64,000 bases of DNA from Diplonema japonicum (taxonomy: Eukaryota; Protista; Euglenozoa: Diplonemea): the NCBI GenBank assembly GCA_964019335.1, contig OZ025685.1, positions 124,001-188,000 of the forward strand, given 5' to 3'. Below the pieces are notes generated by a model. The model had not been told where the DNA came from and did not search any database. It saw nothing but the letters and a program-made list of their open reading frames with translations. Of this stretch, positions 11,015-22,506 are shown piece by piece. Position 1 is the first letter of the stretch. Each line of letters opens with the position of its first letter. A program made the position numbers and the translations under genes.

Positions 11015-12508
11015 ATGACGAGGTTGACTCTGGCACTACTTGTGATCGCAGCAGTGTGCGTTTACGCTGCAGATGACCACGACCACGACCATGACCATGA
11101 CCATGATCATGACCATGACCACGACCATGACAAAGACCATGACCATGATAAAGACCATGATCATGACCATGACCACGACCATGATCATGCTCATGAAGAA
11201 GAGCACCTCATAGCCCACATCTACGATGCAAACAACAACAGCATGCTCGAAATGGCAGAACTCGCGAAAATGTGGGAAGGCGCCGGGAACACCGCCAACA
11301 ACACGGCGCTGCAGTGCGTGATCGAGGCTGTAAAGGAGCACGCCAACGTGACGGTGGTGACAGAGGAATCTGCAGGCAGCTTCGTCGAAGGCTTCCATCT
11401 GTTCAAAGTGGCCAAGGATTGCGGTGGACACGACCACGGCCACGGCCACGACCACGCACACGGCGAGGAGGAAGAACATCACTGCCACGCCCTCGAGGAA
11501 ACCTCGGGACACTACAAAACAGAGATTCAAGCCTGCGTTTACACTACACCAGAGGCGGCAACATGCAACAGACCCTCGCAGAAGGAAAGGTGGGGGTACG
11601 CCATGCTCTCCGTGTCCATCATCACACTGATCGCAGTGTTCGGGATTATCATTGCGCTCCCCTTCATTCTGGCGCACGAGTACTTGCTGCAGACGATGCT
11701 GGCGTTCGCTGTGGGTGCGGTCGTGGGGGATGCCTTCTACCACTTGGTGCCGAAGGTGCTTGGTGTGCACTCCCACGGAGGTGCCCACGCCGGCCACGCC
11801 CACGAAGACGAAACACTGTCGCAACACGAGGTACTGTCCAAGATGACCGTCATCTTGGTCAGCGTGCTAGTATTCTACTGGACAGACATGTTCTGCAGGG
11901 CGATGGTGGGGGGCGACCCGCATCAAATTGAAAAGGACTCAACAGAACCTGCAGTCGTACCCGAGAAGGAGGCTAACCTCGAGGCAGACGCAGAATCTGA
12001 AGACTCCAAATGGTGGAGATGGACACCCATGAGCGATGTACGTCAAATTGTCTGGGTGGTGGTCATCGCTGACGGCGTCCACAACATCACTGATGGGCTG
12101 TCCATTGCAGCAGCCTTTGGGAAGAGCACCACTTTAGGGTGGTCCACCACACTGGCCTCAGCGCTTCACGAGATCCCTCAGGAGGTTGGTGATTTCGCCG
12201 TGATGCTGAGCACCGGTATCTCACCATTTCAAGCTGTCATTCTGAATCTTCTGTCTGGATGTACATCGCTGCTGGCTGCCATTATCACTCTCATTATTGG
12301 TGACAACTCGAAGGATGCCGAAGACTGGATCCTCTGCGTGACGATCGGGTCCTTCCTCTACCTCGGGATCGGTATCATCATCCCAGAGCTTCTCCACAAG
12401 GTCACCAACTTTAGTCTCGTGCAAGTGGGTCTTCATACCTTTGGTATGGCGTGCGGGGCTCTTATTTTGTGGGCCATTGCTGTTACTGAGGACGAGGACT
12501 CGTGTTAA
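11015..12508 (+). CDS. ZIP/SLC39 (LIV-1-like) zinc transporter with His-Asp-rich ectodomain
   Basis: Signal peptide, (DH)n tract, GAVVGDAFYHLVP, HNITDGL and HEIPQEVGDF motifs; ATG at 11015. Confidence 0.93.
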   Translation: MTRLTLALLVIAAVCVYAADDHDHDHDHDHDHDHDHDHDKDHDHDKDHDHDHDHDHDHAHEEEHLIAHIYDANNNSMLEMAELAKMWEGAGNTANNTALQCVIEAVKEHANVTVVTEESAGSFVEGFHLFKVAKDCGGHDHGHGHDHAHGEEEEHHCHALEETSGHYKTEIQACVYTTPEAATCNRPSQKERWGYAMLSVSIITLIAVFGIIIALPFILAHEYLLQTMLAFAVGAVVGDAFYHLVPKVLGVHSHGGAHAGHAHEDETLSQHEVLSKMTVILVSVLVFYWTDMFCRAMVGGDPHQIEKDSTEPAVVPEKEANLEADAESEDSKWWRWTPMSDVRQIVWVVVIADGVHNITDGLSIAAAFGKSTTLGWSTTLASALHEIPQEVGDFAVMLSTGISPFQAVILNLLSGCTSLLAAIITLIIGDNSKDAEDWILCVTIGSFLYLGIGIIIPELLHKVTNFSLVQVGLHTFGMACGALILWAIAVTEDEDSC

Positions 12509-12511
12509 TTG

Positions 12512-12542
<31 letters not shown>

Positions 12543-13080
12543 CGAGAAAAACCCCCCCATCAAAATAAAAGGGAGTGGGGTAACATTGTTGTTGTGTTTT
12601 TTCTTCTTCTTTTTTTCTTTTTCTGTTCAACTCTGAGCCCCCCTCATGCTCTCCATTACTTTCCCTCGTTCTGCGCAGAAATGGTGTTGGCATGGCAATG
12701 GGTTGGGTTGGAGGGGAGTGCTCTGAAGAACGAACAGTTTTTTTTTTTTACTCAAAAAAAAAAAAAAAAAACGAATATATTTAATCCGTACAATAAAGAG
12801 GGGGGGAAAGAAGAAAGAAAAAAAAGAACTGTTTTTTTTGTTTTTTTTTTTCCTTCTTCTCTTTCCCCCCCCTTTATTATTCCTAACACTTACGGGAAGC
12901 TGTATCAATCCCAACTTGTTTTTTTTGTTTTCCTTTTTTTCCCTTCAATTATTCTTTTTTATCTCTTTCTCTATTTTCCTTCCGTTCATTTTGTTTTCCC
13001 CTACTCCCGGGGTGGATAGTTGCTAACACTCCCCCGCCTTCGAAATTCCTTTTCCTTTTTGCCGTTTTTTTGCTTTTCCA

Positions 13081-13118
13081 TCAGGCGTCCTGCCACTTAC
13101 CGCAGGTACCCTTAAATG

Positions 13119-13122
<4 letters not shown>
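13081..13122 (+). repeat. 42-nt dispersed motif followed by poly(T), copy 1
   Basis: 41/42 identical to 36216-36257; contains hairpin CCTGC-n8-GCAGG. Confidence 0.85.
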
Positions 13123-13149
<27 letters not shown>

Positions 13150-13459
13150 TCCATTTCCCTCCCCTTTAGTTTTTTATTCTTCTCGCTCCATCAAAGCGGT
13201 CATGTCGCCCTCCCCCTCCTCTTTTTTTTTTTGTAAAGTTTTTTTACACCCCTTTGCAAGATATCTTTTTTTTTCTTTCAAATGAGGGTGCAAAAAAAAA
13301 TGATTTAAAAAAAAATATATAAAACCCCCCTTTTGAAGACGCTTTTGACACAAGGAGAATCACTAATAAAAAAAAAACCCCCTTTTTTCCCCTTTTTTCT
13401 TTATTCATGTAAACCTCACAAAAAAAAAAAAAAAAAAAGAACAAAAAAAGAGAAAAAAA

Positions 13460-14545
13460 ATGACAGAACTCCGGGCGATCAAATACTCAAGGGGTTCCTT
13501 GGAACTGCTGGACCAGAAAAAGCTGCCGCTTACGACACAGTTCGATGTAGTGGACACAGCCGAGAAAGCATGGGATGCGATCAGGGAAATGCGCGTCAGA
13601 GGCGCACCGGCAATCGCTATCGCGGCAGCCTTGGGTATCGCAGTGGAGGTGACCAACAAAGAAGGTGAAGTCGCGGATTGGCTCGTCGAAAAGCTAGACT
13701 ACCTCAGCACAAGCAGGCCCACTGCAGTAAACCTACACAACGCGGTGAGAGACCTTAAAGAAATCGTGAACACAGCGAAAAAAAACAAAACCGATGTGAA
13801 GACAGCATACCTCGAAGCCGCGGAAGCAATGCTCGCCGCCGACGAACGTGACAACGCAAACATCTCAGAACACGGCTCCGAACACATCATCTCCCGCAAC
13901 GTCGCCGACGGCAAGAACGCCAAAATAGTCACAATATGCAACACAGGCGCTCTTGCTACATCGCGTCACGGGACAGCCCTTGGTGTCATTCGCTTCTTGA
14001 ACAACAAGAAACGTTTGGAACAGGTGTACCCTCTTGAGACACGCCCGTACAACCAAGGCTCCCGTCTTACTGTGTACGAGTGCGTCGCAGAGTCCATCCC
14101 TGCTACACTCATTGTCGACTCTGCTGTATCTTACTGCATGGCAAAGAATGAAATAAACGCTTGTATAGTGGGTGCTGACAGGGTGTGCATCAATGGTGAC
14201 ACCGCCAACAAGATCGGGACTTACAATGTGGCAGTGGCTGCGAAGCATCATGGTGTTCCGTTTTACGTTGCGGCGCCGGTTACCACCATCGACCAGAAGC
14301 TTGCCGACGGTTCGGGGATCCCTGTTGAGGAGCGGGGCCCTGAGGAGATCACGCACAACCCCGCTACTCAGCAGCCTGTTGTCGCGTCGGGAGAAAACCT
14401 TTCCGTGTGGAACCCCGCCTTTGACGTCACCCCTGCAGAACTTATCACCGGTGGTATTGTCACAGAACTCGGTGTCATTGAACCCGTCGACGGGAAACTG
14501 GACGTTCTTGCCTTCCTCAAGAAGCACGGCTGTGTCAAGGTGTAG
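13460..14545 (+). CDS. MRI1: Methylthioribose-1-phosphate isomerase
   Basis: MRVRGAPAI, SRPTAVNL, TICNTGALAT, ETRPYNQGSRLT, GADR..NGDTANKIGTY and WNPAFDVTP motifs. Confidence 0.96.
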   Translation: MTELRAIKYSRGSLELLDQKKLPLTTQFDVVDTAEKAWDAIREMRVRGAPAIAIAAALGIAVEVTNKEGEVADWLVEKLDYLSTSRPTAVNLHNAVRDLKEIVNTAKKNKTDVKTAYLEAAEAMLAADERDNANISEHGSEHIISRNVADGKNAKIVTICNTGALATSRHGTALGVIRFLNNKKRLEQVYPLETRPYNQGSRLTVYECVAESIPATLIVDSAVSYCMAKNEINACIVGADRVCINGDTANKIGTYNVAVAAKHHGVPFYVAAPVTTIDQKLADGSGIPVEERGPEEITHNPATQQPVVASGENLSVWNPAFDVTPAELITGGIVTELGVIEPVDGKLDVLAFLKKHGCVKV

Positions 14546-14819
14546 GGTTTTTTATTATTATCCCCCCCCCCCCGAATTACCGGCGAAGCTTTCATCATCA
14601 AGGGGTTTTGAGCAAAATGAAAAAGAGGGAAAAAAAAGTTTTTCTTCTTCTTTCACCAGTGGCCCCACCCTCTTTTTTTTTTCTTAGGCCCCCTCCCCCA
14701 CGACCCCGTGTGGTTTACGCACGGCAAATTATCTTTTTTTTTCTTTTCTTATCTCCTTTATTTCACACATCGATACCATTCTTCCCTTCATCGCGAATAG
14801 GAGGAGACGACAAAAAGAA

Positions 14820-17133
14820 ATGGCCGAACACTTGGAAGTCCCTCAAGACCATGTGAAGCTGAAGAACGAGCTGCTGTACTTGGCGCAGAAGCAGCGTGCA
14901 AGGATAGACAAGCTGAAGGCCGACTCGCAGCTACAGCTCGACAGGTACGCCAGCGGAAAGAAGAAAGAACTAGTCCTGCGGAAAGAGAAAACAGAGGCGG
15001 CAATAAAAGACATCCAACCCGAACTGGAGCAGGTTCGCAAGGAATGGCAGAAGCTAAAACTCATCGACGCGGAACATGAGGGGAAGTACTCCAAGCTGTC
15101 AGACCACTACAGAAGCACACAGTCCAAGCTGAAGGTTCTACAAGAAGCCATCGCCGACGCGTACAAAGGAACCGGCGATGGGAAGGACGACGTCAGTGGG
15201 ATACGAGAACGCCTTGCGGAGATATCAAACGACAAGGCGGAGCTGCGCTCGAAGCTGATGCGTGCGTGGGACTGCCTAGCCATTGACGAGAACATGCTGA
15301 ACAACAGAATAACAGAAGAGACCGCCTACGCAGCACGAGTGAAGGAGATGCTCAGAGCCGTCGAAGCAGAAGTCGCAGTCCATGACTTGGACACAACAGC
15401 CCACCGTGACCATGCCGACGACCTTGTCCTCATCAACTCACAACTGGCTGCCATGAAGCACCGTACGAACGACCTTCACGACGGCTTCGTCAAAAGCTCC
15501 GCCGACAAGAAGGAAATGTCCGAAGAGTTCCTCCTGGAAGCCATGCGCGTCATGCAGGAACTCACCCACAACCAAAACCTCCTCACCATCAAGAACCACG
15601 CCGTGCGCGACCTACAAAGCAAAGTGGACTACCTCAGGAAGCAGTTCCAACCGCAGACGCAAGCACAGACGTCCTCCAAAGAGGTCTGGCTTCGCAACAA
15701 GCTTGAGGTGATGGACAACATGCTTTCCGAGATGGGGCAGATCAAGGAGCAGTATCAGGTGCGCAGTGAGGACAGGCTCATATTGAAGGAGACGACCAAT
15801 CACTGCAACAAGGCAAAGGCGGAGCTGCACACCATCGAGAAGCGTGTAGAAGGCCCCGACAAGTACCGCAAGAAGCTCGTCGACGAGATCACTGACATGA
15901 GACACCTACTGGACGAGAAGCTAGAGGAAGAAGATAGACTTGTGTCGCAACTGGAGGGGGCGTTGTCCGTGCTGGGCGAGGACATAGGGCACGTACGGGA
16001 GATCATCGACAAGGCTGGCTTCGATGACTACGTCAGCAGCGACTCGGATCCCAACGCAGGTGAGGAGTTCCTGCGTCTGGACGAAGAAGGAACCGGCGAT
16101 GTGGATATCATCACCACCAGTCTTGACTACCATGCTGACGACCCTGCCGGTTCGGAGGCGGTGCAGAGATACGGGCACAGGCAACAGGGCCCTCTACATG
16201 CATTTGAAGAAGCAAGGGCGACACAGCTAGCAAGGCGCCCCACCAGGAGACTAGGAGACAGGGTTAAAAAAGTGAGGAAAGAGGCCACCCCCGAAACGCG
16301 CTTGATGACGGCGCAGGAACAGGCGGTGACCGAGGTGGTGGCGCATCTGCGAAGCAAGGAAGACGCCATTCAGAAAGGTGTGTACGACACACGGATGGAC
16401 GTGGTGGTGCCGGACCCGATGCAGGCGACAAGGAACACACAGATTCAGCGGGAAGTGGAGATATGGAAAGAAGAGCAACGGGGTGGTGCCAGGTACAGGA
16501 ACGACAGGGAGAAGGAGACCGTTGCGACAGAGCAACACCCGCCGACAGACGCGGCGCTGCAGGCAGGGTCCGTCAATGACATCGCAGTGCAGTACCTGCA
16601 GAGGATGGTGCACGGGTTTCTGGGGATGATGTTCTTCAACGGGCCTGGAGGTCCGCACCCTAGGCACGTGTTCATGACAAAGGACATGAAAAGGCTTGCC
16701 TGGCGTCTCCCGCACAGAGATGGCGAGGACGAGGGTGACGACAGCGTGGCCATGGCAGACATCAAGGCCGTGGTGACGGGACACCGCACTGGTGTGTTCA
16801 AGCAGCATCGTGACGCAGGGATGGTCCTTCGCGAGTCTGCAGCACTGTCCATCGTCACACACCAGCAGACATCGCTCGACCTGGAGCTCGACACAACCGA
16901 AGAGAGGGACTACTGGGCACAGATCCTGTCGAAGGTCGCCACTGAAATGAAGCCTGGCGGCATCATCAACGCAGTCATCGCAAGCGGCGTCGTTCAGGTA
17001 TTCTATTTGCTTCGCTTCGCACTGTTCATATAACTAACAACAACAGGTCACCGACAACAGCCCCCCTGACCAGCGCTCCTCTGCGGACGAGCCGTATGAC
17101 CGCAAGCAGGTCCACCTCCGTGTCGTGGGGTGA
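14820..17133 (+). CDS. Coiled-coil protein with C-terminal PH-like domain; exons 14820-16997, 17047-17133
   Basis: Long heptad-rich N-terminal half; PH-like PHPRHVF...IKAVVTG...LSIV...SLDLE...ERDYW; intron 16998-17046 with an ACTAAC branch-like motif. Confidence 0.8.
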
Positions 17134-17257
17134 CCTCGACTATAGAATAACCCCCCCTTCCCCCCCGCCCTATGTTAGAAAACTTACACCCCGTAGTCTT
17201 TGTTTTTCTTCTTTTTGTTTTCGGTATTTGCACGATGCATGCTGTCCAGGTAGCAAC

Positions 17258-18154
17258 ATGTCGAAGGTGCTGCTGGATGTGTATAAATCGTTTTGTGCGT
17301 TCGGTGGTGGGAAACGTGCCACCAGCGAGATGGGAATGGATAATGTGAAGTTCATGAAGCTCTGCAAGGAGTGCGGCCTGCTAGACGGGGAATTCTTCAC
17401 GCCGACGGACGCGGACCTGCTGTTCCAGAAGGCAAAGCCGCTGAGGGGGAGGAAGATCACATGGCCTGTGTTCGTAGATATGTTCTACGAGATAGCGAGG
17501 CGGAGGGGGGTGTCTCCTGACGAGCTGCAGGTCATCGCAATGCGATCGGGCGGCAGGCCGCGACGCACCTACTCAAAATCCATGCGCAAGGAGGTCCCAG
17601 GCAGCTACGTGGAACCCCTAAGAGGCGACGATCTGCCCACAACCATCGGGAGGGTCTTGCCTTGGGAATCACCAAACTGGACTTACCAGCCACACATGCC
17701 GATAGCTCACCAGGGGTGGAAACCAGGAGGGACGGCGTCAGCAACATACAAAGACCCGAAAGATGTCCCATTCACTCTTCCAGGCGGCAGTATCATAAGA
17801 GGGAGGAGCGGGTATTCAGGAGGGGGTGCTAGAAGCCGTAGTGGGAGCGCACGAAGGCGGACCAATTCGGTTCAGATGCAACAACAACAACAACAGCAGC
17901 AGCAGCAGCAATCTGTGCATAGAAAGCCTCTCCTCTCGCCCCCTACAGCCCGCGTTCCTGCTCAACAGCGTACTTCCTCCACCGACTCCGTCACCCGATG
18001 CCTTACTCGTGTGGGTTCTCTGCATTCGCCTCTTCGAGGGGGGCACCTCCCACGTGAGATCGGTCGCGTGCTTCCTTGGGAGTCCCCCAACTGGCAAGCC
18101 CTTCCTCAGCGCACAGAGTACCTCTCGTCGCGTGTGCCGATGCATGTGGCTTGA
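17258..18154 (+). CDS. p25-alpha/TPPP-domain protein with C-terminal repeats
   Basis: FCAFG...MDNVKFMKLCKECGLLDG...TDADLLFQKAK; ATG at 17258. Confidence 0.8.
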   Translation: MSKVLLDVYKSFCAFGGGKRATSEMGMDNVKFMKLCKECGLLDGEFFTPTDADLLFQKAKPLRGRKITWPVFVDMFYEIARRRGVSPDELQVIAMRSGGRPRRTYSKSMRKEVPGSYVEPLRGDDLPTTIGRVLPWESPNWTYQPHMPIAHQGWKPGGTASATYKDPKDVPFTLPGGSIIRGRSGYSGGGARSRSGSARRRTNSVQMQQQQQQQQQQQSVHRKPLLSPPTARVPAQQRTSSTDSVTRCLTRVGSLHSPLRGGHLPREIGRVLPWESPNWQALPQRTEYLSSRVPMHVA

Positions 18155-18830
18155 AAGGTTTAAAAAAGGAATATGGAACGAAGTAGAAGAAGAAAATAAA
18201 AATTGTTATTAGATAAATACTAGATATTCCCCCCTTCCCCTTCCCCCGATGTATTTACTTATTCTCCCCACCCTTCTTTGAAAGAGAAATACGGTAATTT
18301 AAAAATACGGTAGCGCGAGAAAAATTAAAAGTGAAGTAGAGGAGGGGGGATAAAGGAAAGAGAAATAGAAAACAAGAGGGAGGATTTAAAAAAAGAAAAA
18401 GTGCTGTCTCTCCCCTTCGAAAAAAATCCCGACGAGGGTTTTTTTTTGGAGGAAGGGGGGAGTAACACCTCCCATCCAAAGGTGTACCGGCCTTTGGGTA
18501 AATCAGCCTAAGTAATTCTCGCTCCTTTTTTTTTTTTATTGTTCTCTTTCCCTCGTCCCCTCCTTTCTTTTCCTTTTTATTTTCTTCCTTTCTCTTGAAT
18601 GTTATTGACCCCCCTTCCTCTCCCCTTCCCCCCCTTTTTTTAAATATCCTGTAGCCCCCTGGAAGAAAAAAAAATCCGGAAGGGGTTGTTGTTACGTTAC
18701 GAGAACAGGAGAAAAAAGAAGAAAAAAAAACCTTTTTTTTTAATTTTCCTCCTTTTCTTTTTCTTGTGTTCCCCCCCCCCCCCCCCCCCCCTACTTCTAA
18801 CACATTCTCCCATAGAGGTTGGGGGATGAA

Positions 18831-20274
18831 ATGAGCGTGACAAACTACGGTGGGCGGAAGGAGAAATGGCCGATAGACAAGCTGCCAGCATGCGTATTGG
18901 ATTACATAGCAGGATTTTTGTGCTGCGAAGGCGAAGTAGGTGACAGAAGGCTTCACCCACTAGTTGTTTTCGGGAGCGTGTGCAGAACGTGGGCAGGAGT
19001 CTGCAGCACTGACCTATGGGTGGCAGTCTGGACTGAAACACACACCGTCCTCATTGAAGACGCATGTGGGCGGTTTGTAAAGTCCCTCTACGGTGAGAGG
19101 CTCAACTCTGTACAACGTGAAAAGGGCGCAAGGAGTTTCAAGAAACAGTTAAAGACAGCCGGTCCTGCAGAATGCCTCGAACTGGGCCTTCTTCCACGAT
19201 GCGCTCCCACATGGTGCACAGCACCGCGGCAGTACCAACAGGTTCTGTTCAAAGCACTTCAATTCTGTTGTTTTCAAGTGACATCCGCTCGTGTTGAGCT
19301 GCAATGCACACGGGGCTCCATCCCCGTCATCGAGTCCTGCGCCGTTCTCTTCTCGCTGATCCATATCACATGGGGAGGGTATCTGTTCCTCTCAGCGCCT
19401 TCACAGCAATTTCGAATATTGATACGGCCTATGTATTGCATTACAGTGACGTGGGCTTTCTACCTAGGTGCCTATGCAGTCTACAGAGTAAAGTTGGCAG
19501 CCATCCATAACATTCCCGAAGAAGCTGCACAATTATGGGACTTGAAGAAAAGCCGGCGAATGAAGGTAAAGAAAGGTTTCGCGTGGGGCTTACGGTACTT
19601 GAAGTCCGATTCACACACGAAGCATGCGGTGGCGTGGCTTGTCTGTCTTGTGCTGTCGGTTACTTTCTGGCATGCAGAGGCTGAGGGGTATTTCAAGGAA
19701 CCATTGACGCTTACAAGACTGCTGTGCTTGGTGTTTGCTCCACCCACATTCACTGCCACTCTAGTCGCTGGGCAGCGATCTGGGCGGAAAATCGGCCTCC
19801 TTGCTGGTACCATGGTTGTTGCCATACTGTGCCTCATCGTGGCGGCACCTTCACTTCTCTTTATTGGGCTGGGATCGTGGGCATTGACCTGTTTGTTCAA
19901 ATTGCATAGGGGTTTTTACCATCCTCCTAGGATGGCGTCCCCTTTGGTCTCCTTCTCACGGAAGATGGGTCAGGTGGTGCTTTTGAATATCGTGATGCTT
20001 TCTGTGTTCTGGTTTGTGGCGTTCGACTGCTTCATCCCCATGCTTGTCTTCGCCATCGCTTCACTTGCAGTGTGGGTATGTTCGAGAAGTGACAAAAAAA
20101 AAAAAAAAAAAAAAATCCCAGGTTGGTACATCTGTTGTGATTCCCCTCATGCATAGGTGCCAGTCCTTGCGGGTGCCTTTGCCCATAGCTTATGTCATGA
20201 CGCAGGTTATTGTTGCTGCAATGGGTTACGCTGGTGCCCCCGTACTAGGTGAAAGCTGTGAGGGGGAGCTCTAA
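18831..20274 (+). CDS. Multi-pass membrane protein with F-box-like N-terminus; exons 18831-20075, 20122-20274
   Basis: LPACVLDYIAGFL...SVCRTW...LW (F-box-like); several hydrophobic helices; intron 20076-20121. Confidence 0.65.
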
Positions 20275-20434
20275 GAGAGAGGGGGAAGAAAAAGAAGGGG
20301 GGGGGGGGGGGGGGGGATAGACCTCCTTTAGTCTGATATTATACAAACAGTACAGTGTGTTCTTTTTTTTTTTGTTGTACCAATTGGGATCTGATTTTGA
20401 ACATACCTCCTGCAAAACAAAAAGTTTATTGGGG

Positions 20435-20919
20435 GGGTCATATTAGCCTTAGGTAAAAACGTCGGTAAAGTCTTTTTTTTTCAGTTTTGCCAAAAAAAAA
20501 AAAAAAAAAAAAATTCTGTGTGTTTTCGACCAGACAATCGGGTTCACAGCCAAGAAAATAGGTTTTCGCGTGATATTCTGGCCACTTTTTGGCGCTTTAT
20601 TGTGACCAGAAAGCTCTTTAAAAAATTGCCCGCATGTGGTTCCGGGTGGGCCGACTTTTGCCCCTATGCCCTATGGTTTTAAGAAAATTTCAATTTTTTT
20701 TTCCATACGCCCTAACAAATGCCAAGAGCCGTGTATACCCCCCCCATCTAAAAGGGAATCATCCCCATATTCGCCACCAGAAGCTTTTTCTTGTTAGTAC
20801 TTCGGCTGCATGCGGGCAAAAAAGTCTTTTTTTCGATTTTGTCGTTTAAGGGCAACACCTGAGAAAGAATCTGTTAGACACATTCTTTGGAAAAAGTGAC
20901 TTTATCGACCATATGACCC
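20435..20919. mobile_element. Possible non-autonomous TIR element
   Basis: GGGTCATAT/ATATGACCC termini plus an inner GTCGGTAAAGTC/GACTTTATCGAC inverted repeat. Confidence 0.35.
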
Positions 20920-20921
20920 TC

Positions 20922-21014
20922 TAGGGCTATGTTGGCAAGAAACGGGGAAACAGTTTCCGCTTCCTCATTTCAAAAAAAAGCTTGGAAACGCGCTTCCTTG
21001 CCAACATAGCCCTA
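20922..21014. mobile_element. MITE, copy 1 (TIR TAGGGCTATGTTGGCAAG)
   Basis: Perfect 18-bp TIR, CTAG at both ends; related copy at 53199-53352. Confidence 0.8.
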
Positions 21015-21185
21015 GGAGGGGGTAAAAAAAATTGAATTCAAGAATTGTTTTTATTTTCTCCATTTTTGGTGGGGATACCAAGAAAAAAAAAAAAGAAAAA
21101 AAAATGTAATCAAGTAGACAGTCTTGTGCAAGGCGCCACAACACTGGCCTCCTTTATCTCTTATATATTTCCCTTTCTTTTTTTG

Positions 21186-21520
21186 AGGTGGTGGGGATAA
21201 CATGGAAATATAAGAAGTACATCAGATGTGTTGTTCGCTGTTGACCTCCTCGTCGGTCATCACCGGTAGCGCCCGAGTGGAAGAACGTATCGCAGATGCT
21301 CAGGGTGACGAACAGGCAGCAAACTGCACGAGCGCAGAATCTTGGTTACCCGGGACGCCCCGGCTAGGGTTGAGCACACCGCATGCATTAAGGACACGAC
21401 GCGGAACGCAGAAGAAGCTACTGCTCGGCCGAGGAGCGCCCCCTGTAATCAAGTAGGTATTTCGTGCTTCGTTGCACGCTTAACGCCACCTAGTGTTGCA
21501 ATCAAAGCCTCATTTTTTTT
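21186..21520 (+). mobile_element. Short 3' remnant of a non-LTR retrotransposon
   Basis: Tail GCACGCTTAACGCCACCTAGTGTTGCAATCAAAGCCTCA-T8 nearly matches the tail at 43637-43697; 5' boundary approximate. Confidence 0.6.
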
Positions 21521-21810
21521 CCTGTCCTTTAAAGGGGGAGGGGGGTGAACCTTTCTGTACCATAACGTGCCACCACCACGTTCATGAAAATCTTTTTTTT
21601 TATTATTAAGGAACAGCAAGACCTTTGGCCGGGTCAAGGTGAAAACCAACCTCCCCTTAAGCTAATGATCACTTAGTTTTCCTGGATGAAAGGAAGCACA
21701 AAAAAAAAACCCCCCCTCCTCATGTGATTTTTTTCGTTTGGCAAGAACGAGTCTGTGGCATGTCGTCTGGCAACATGTTTCGGGTTATAAGACTTCTAGG
21801 TTGTGTCCCC

Positions 21811-21856
<46 letters not shown>

Positions 21857-22125
21857 GAACTTGAAGAGAGGAGATAGAAAGATTTATAAAAAAAAACAAA
21901 AAAATAAAAAAGGAAAAAAAAAAGAAAAAAAAAAAAGAAAAAAAAAACCATAAGTACAACCTGCTCTCTAAACAGACACCTGTCGCCTTCAAGATGTATA
22001 TGCGCTGTCTAAAAGCGTGAACTAAATGGCAGCTGTTTCTTCTTCTTTTCTTTCATTCCCACCCAAGCATACACAAATCTTAAAAAAAAGGGGGTAAGGG
22101 GCTTGGGAAGGGGGGGGGCATTCCG

Positions 22126-22506
22126 ATGAACACCACCACCCCTGCGGAGCGGAGGGCTTCTGGTTTCCGACGGGAAAACGACAGCTTAAGATGTGAATTG
22201 AGCATGAAAGACATCAAGTTAGAAGAGGCTGAGGTGCTAGTGCGAAAACTCGGGGTGAGGTTGGTCCAAGCAGAGGACCTGCTTGTGGAGAAGGACGACA
22301 CGATAGACGTGCTAAGGGAGGACAACGAGACCCTGCGGGCAGACCTTTACAGCACCAAATTGCAGCAGCAACAGTACGAAGTAGAACTAGGAGAATACAG
22401 AGACATGGCATCAACACGGAAAACCAGACACGCCCACACAGACAACAACAACGACGGTGAAGACAAGAACGAGCAAGAACCATTATGTTCATGCACTGTA
22501 CAATAG
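22126..22506 (+). CDS. Small coiled-coil hypothetical protein
   Basis: 126-aa ORF with heptad pattern and coding-like composition. Confidence 0.5.
   Translation: MNTTTPAERRASGFRRENDSLRCELSMKDIKLEEAEVLVRKLGVRLVQAEDLLVEKDDTIDVLREDNETLRADLYSTKLQQQQYEVELGEYRDMASTRKTRHAHTDNNNDGEDKNEQEPLCSCTVQ

Noticed and set aside
13081-13122. Riboswitch upstream of the methionine-salvage gene MRI1
   Set aside because: No SAM/SAH consensus, and the second copy precedes an unrelated gene.
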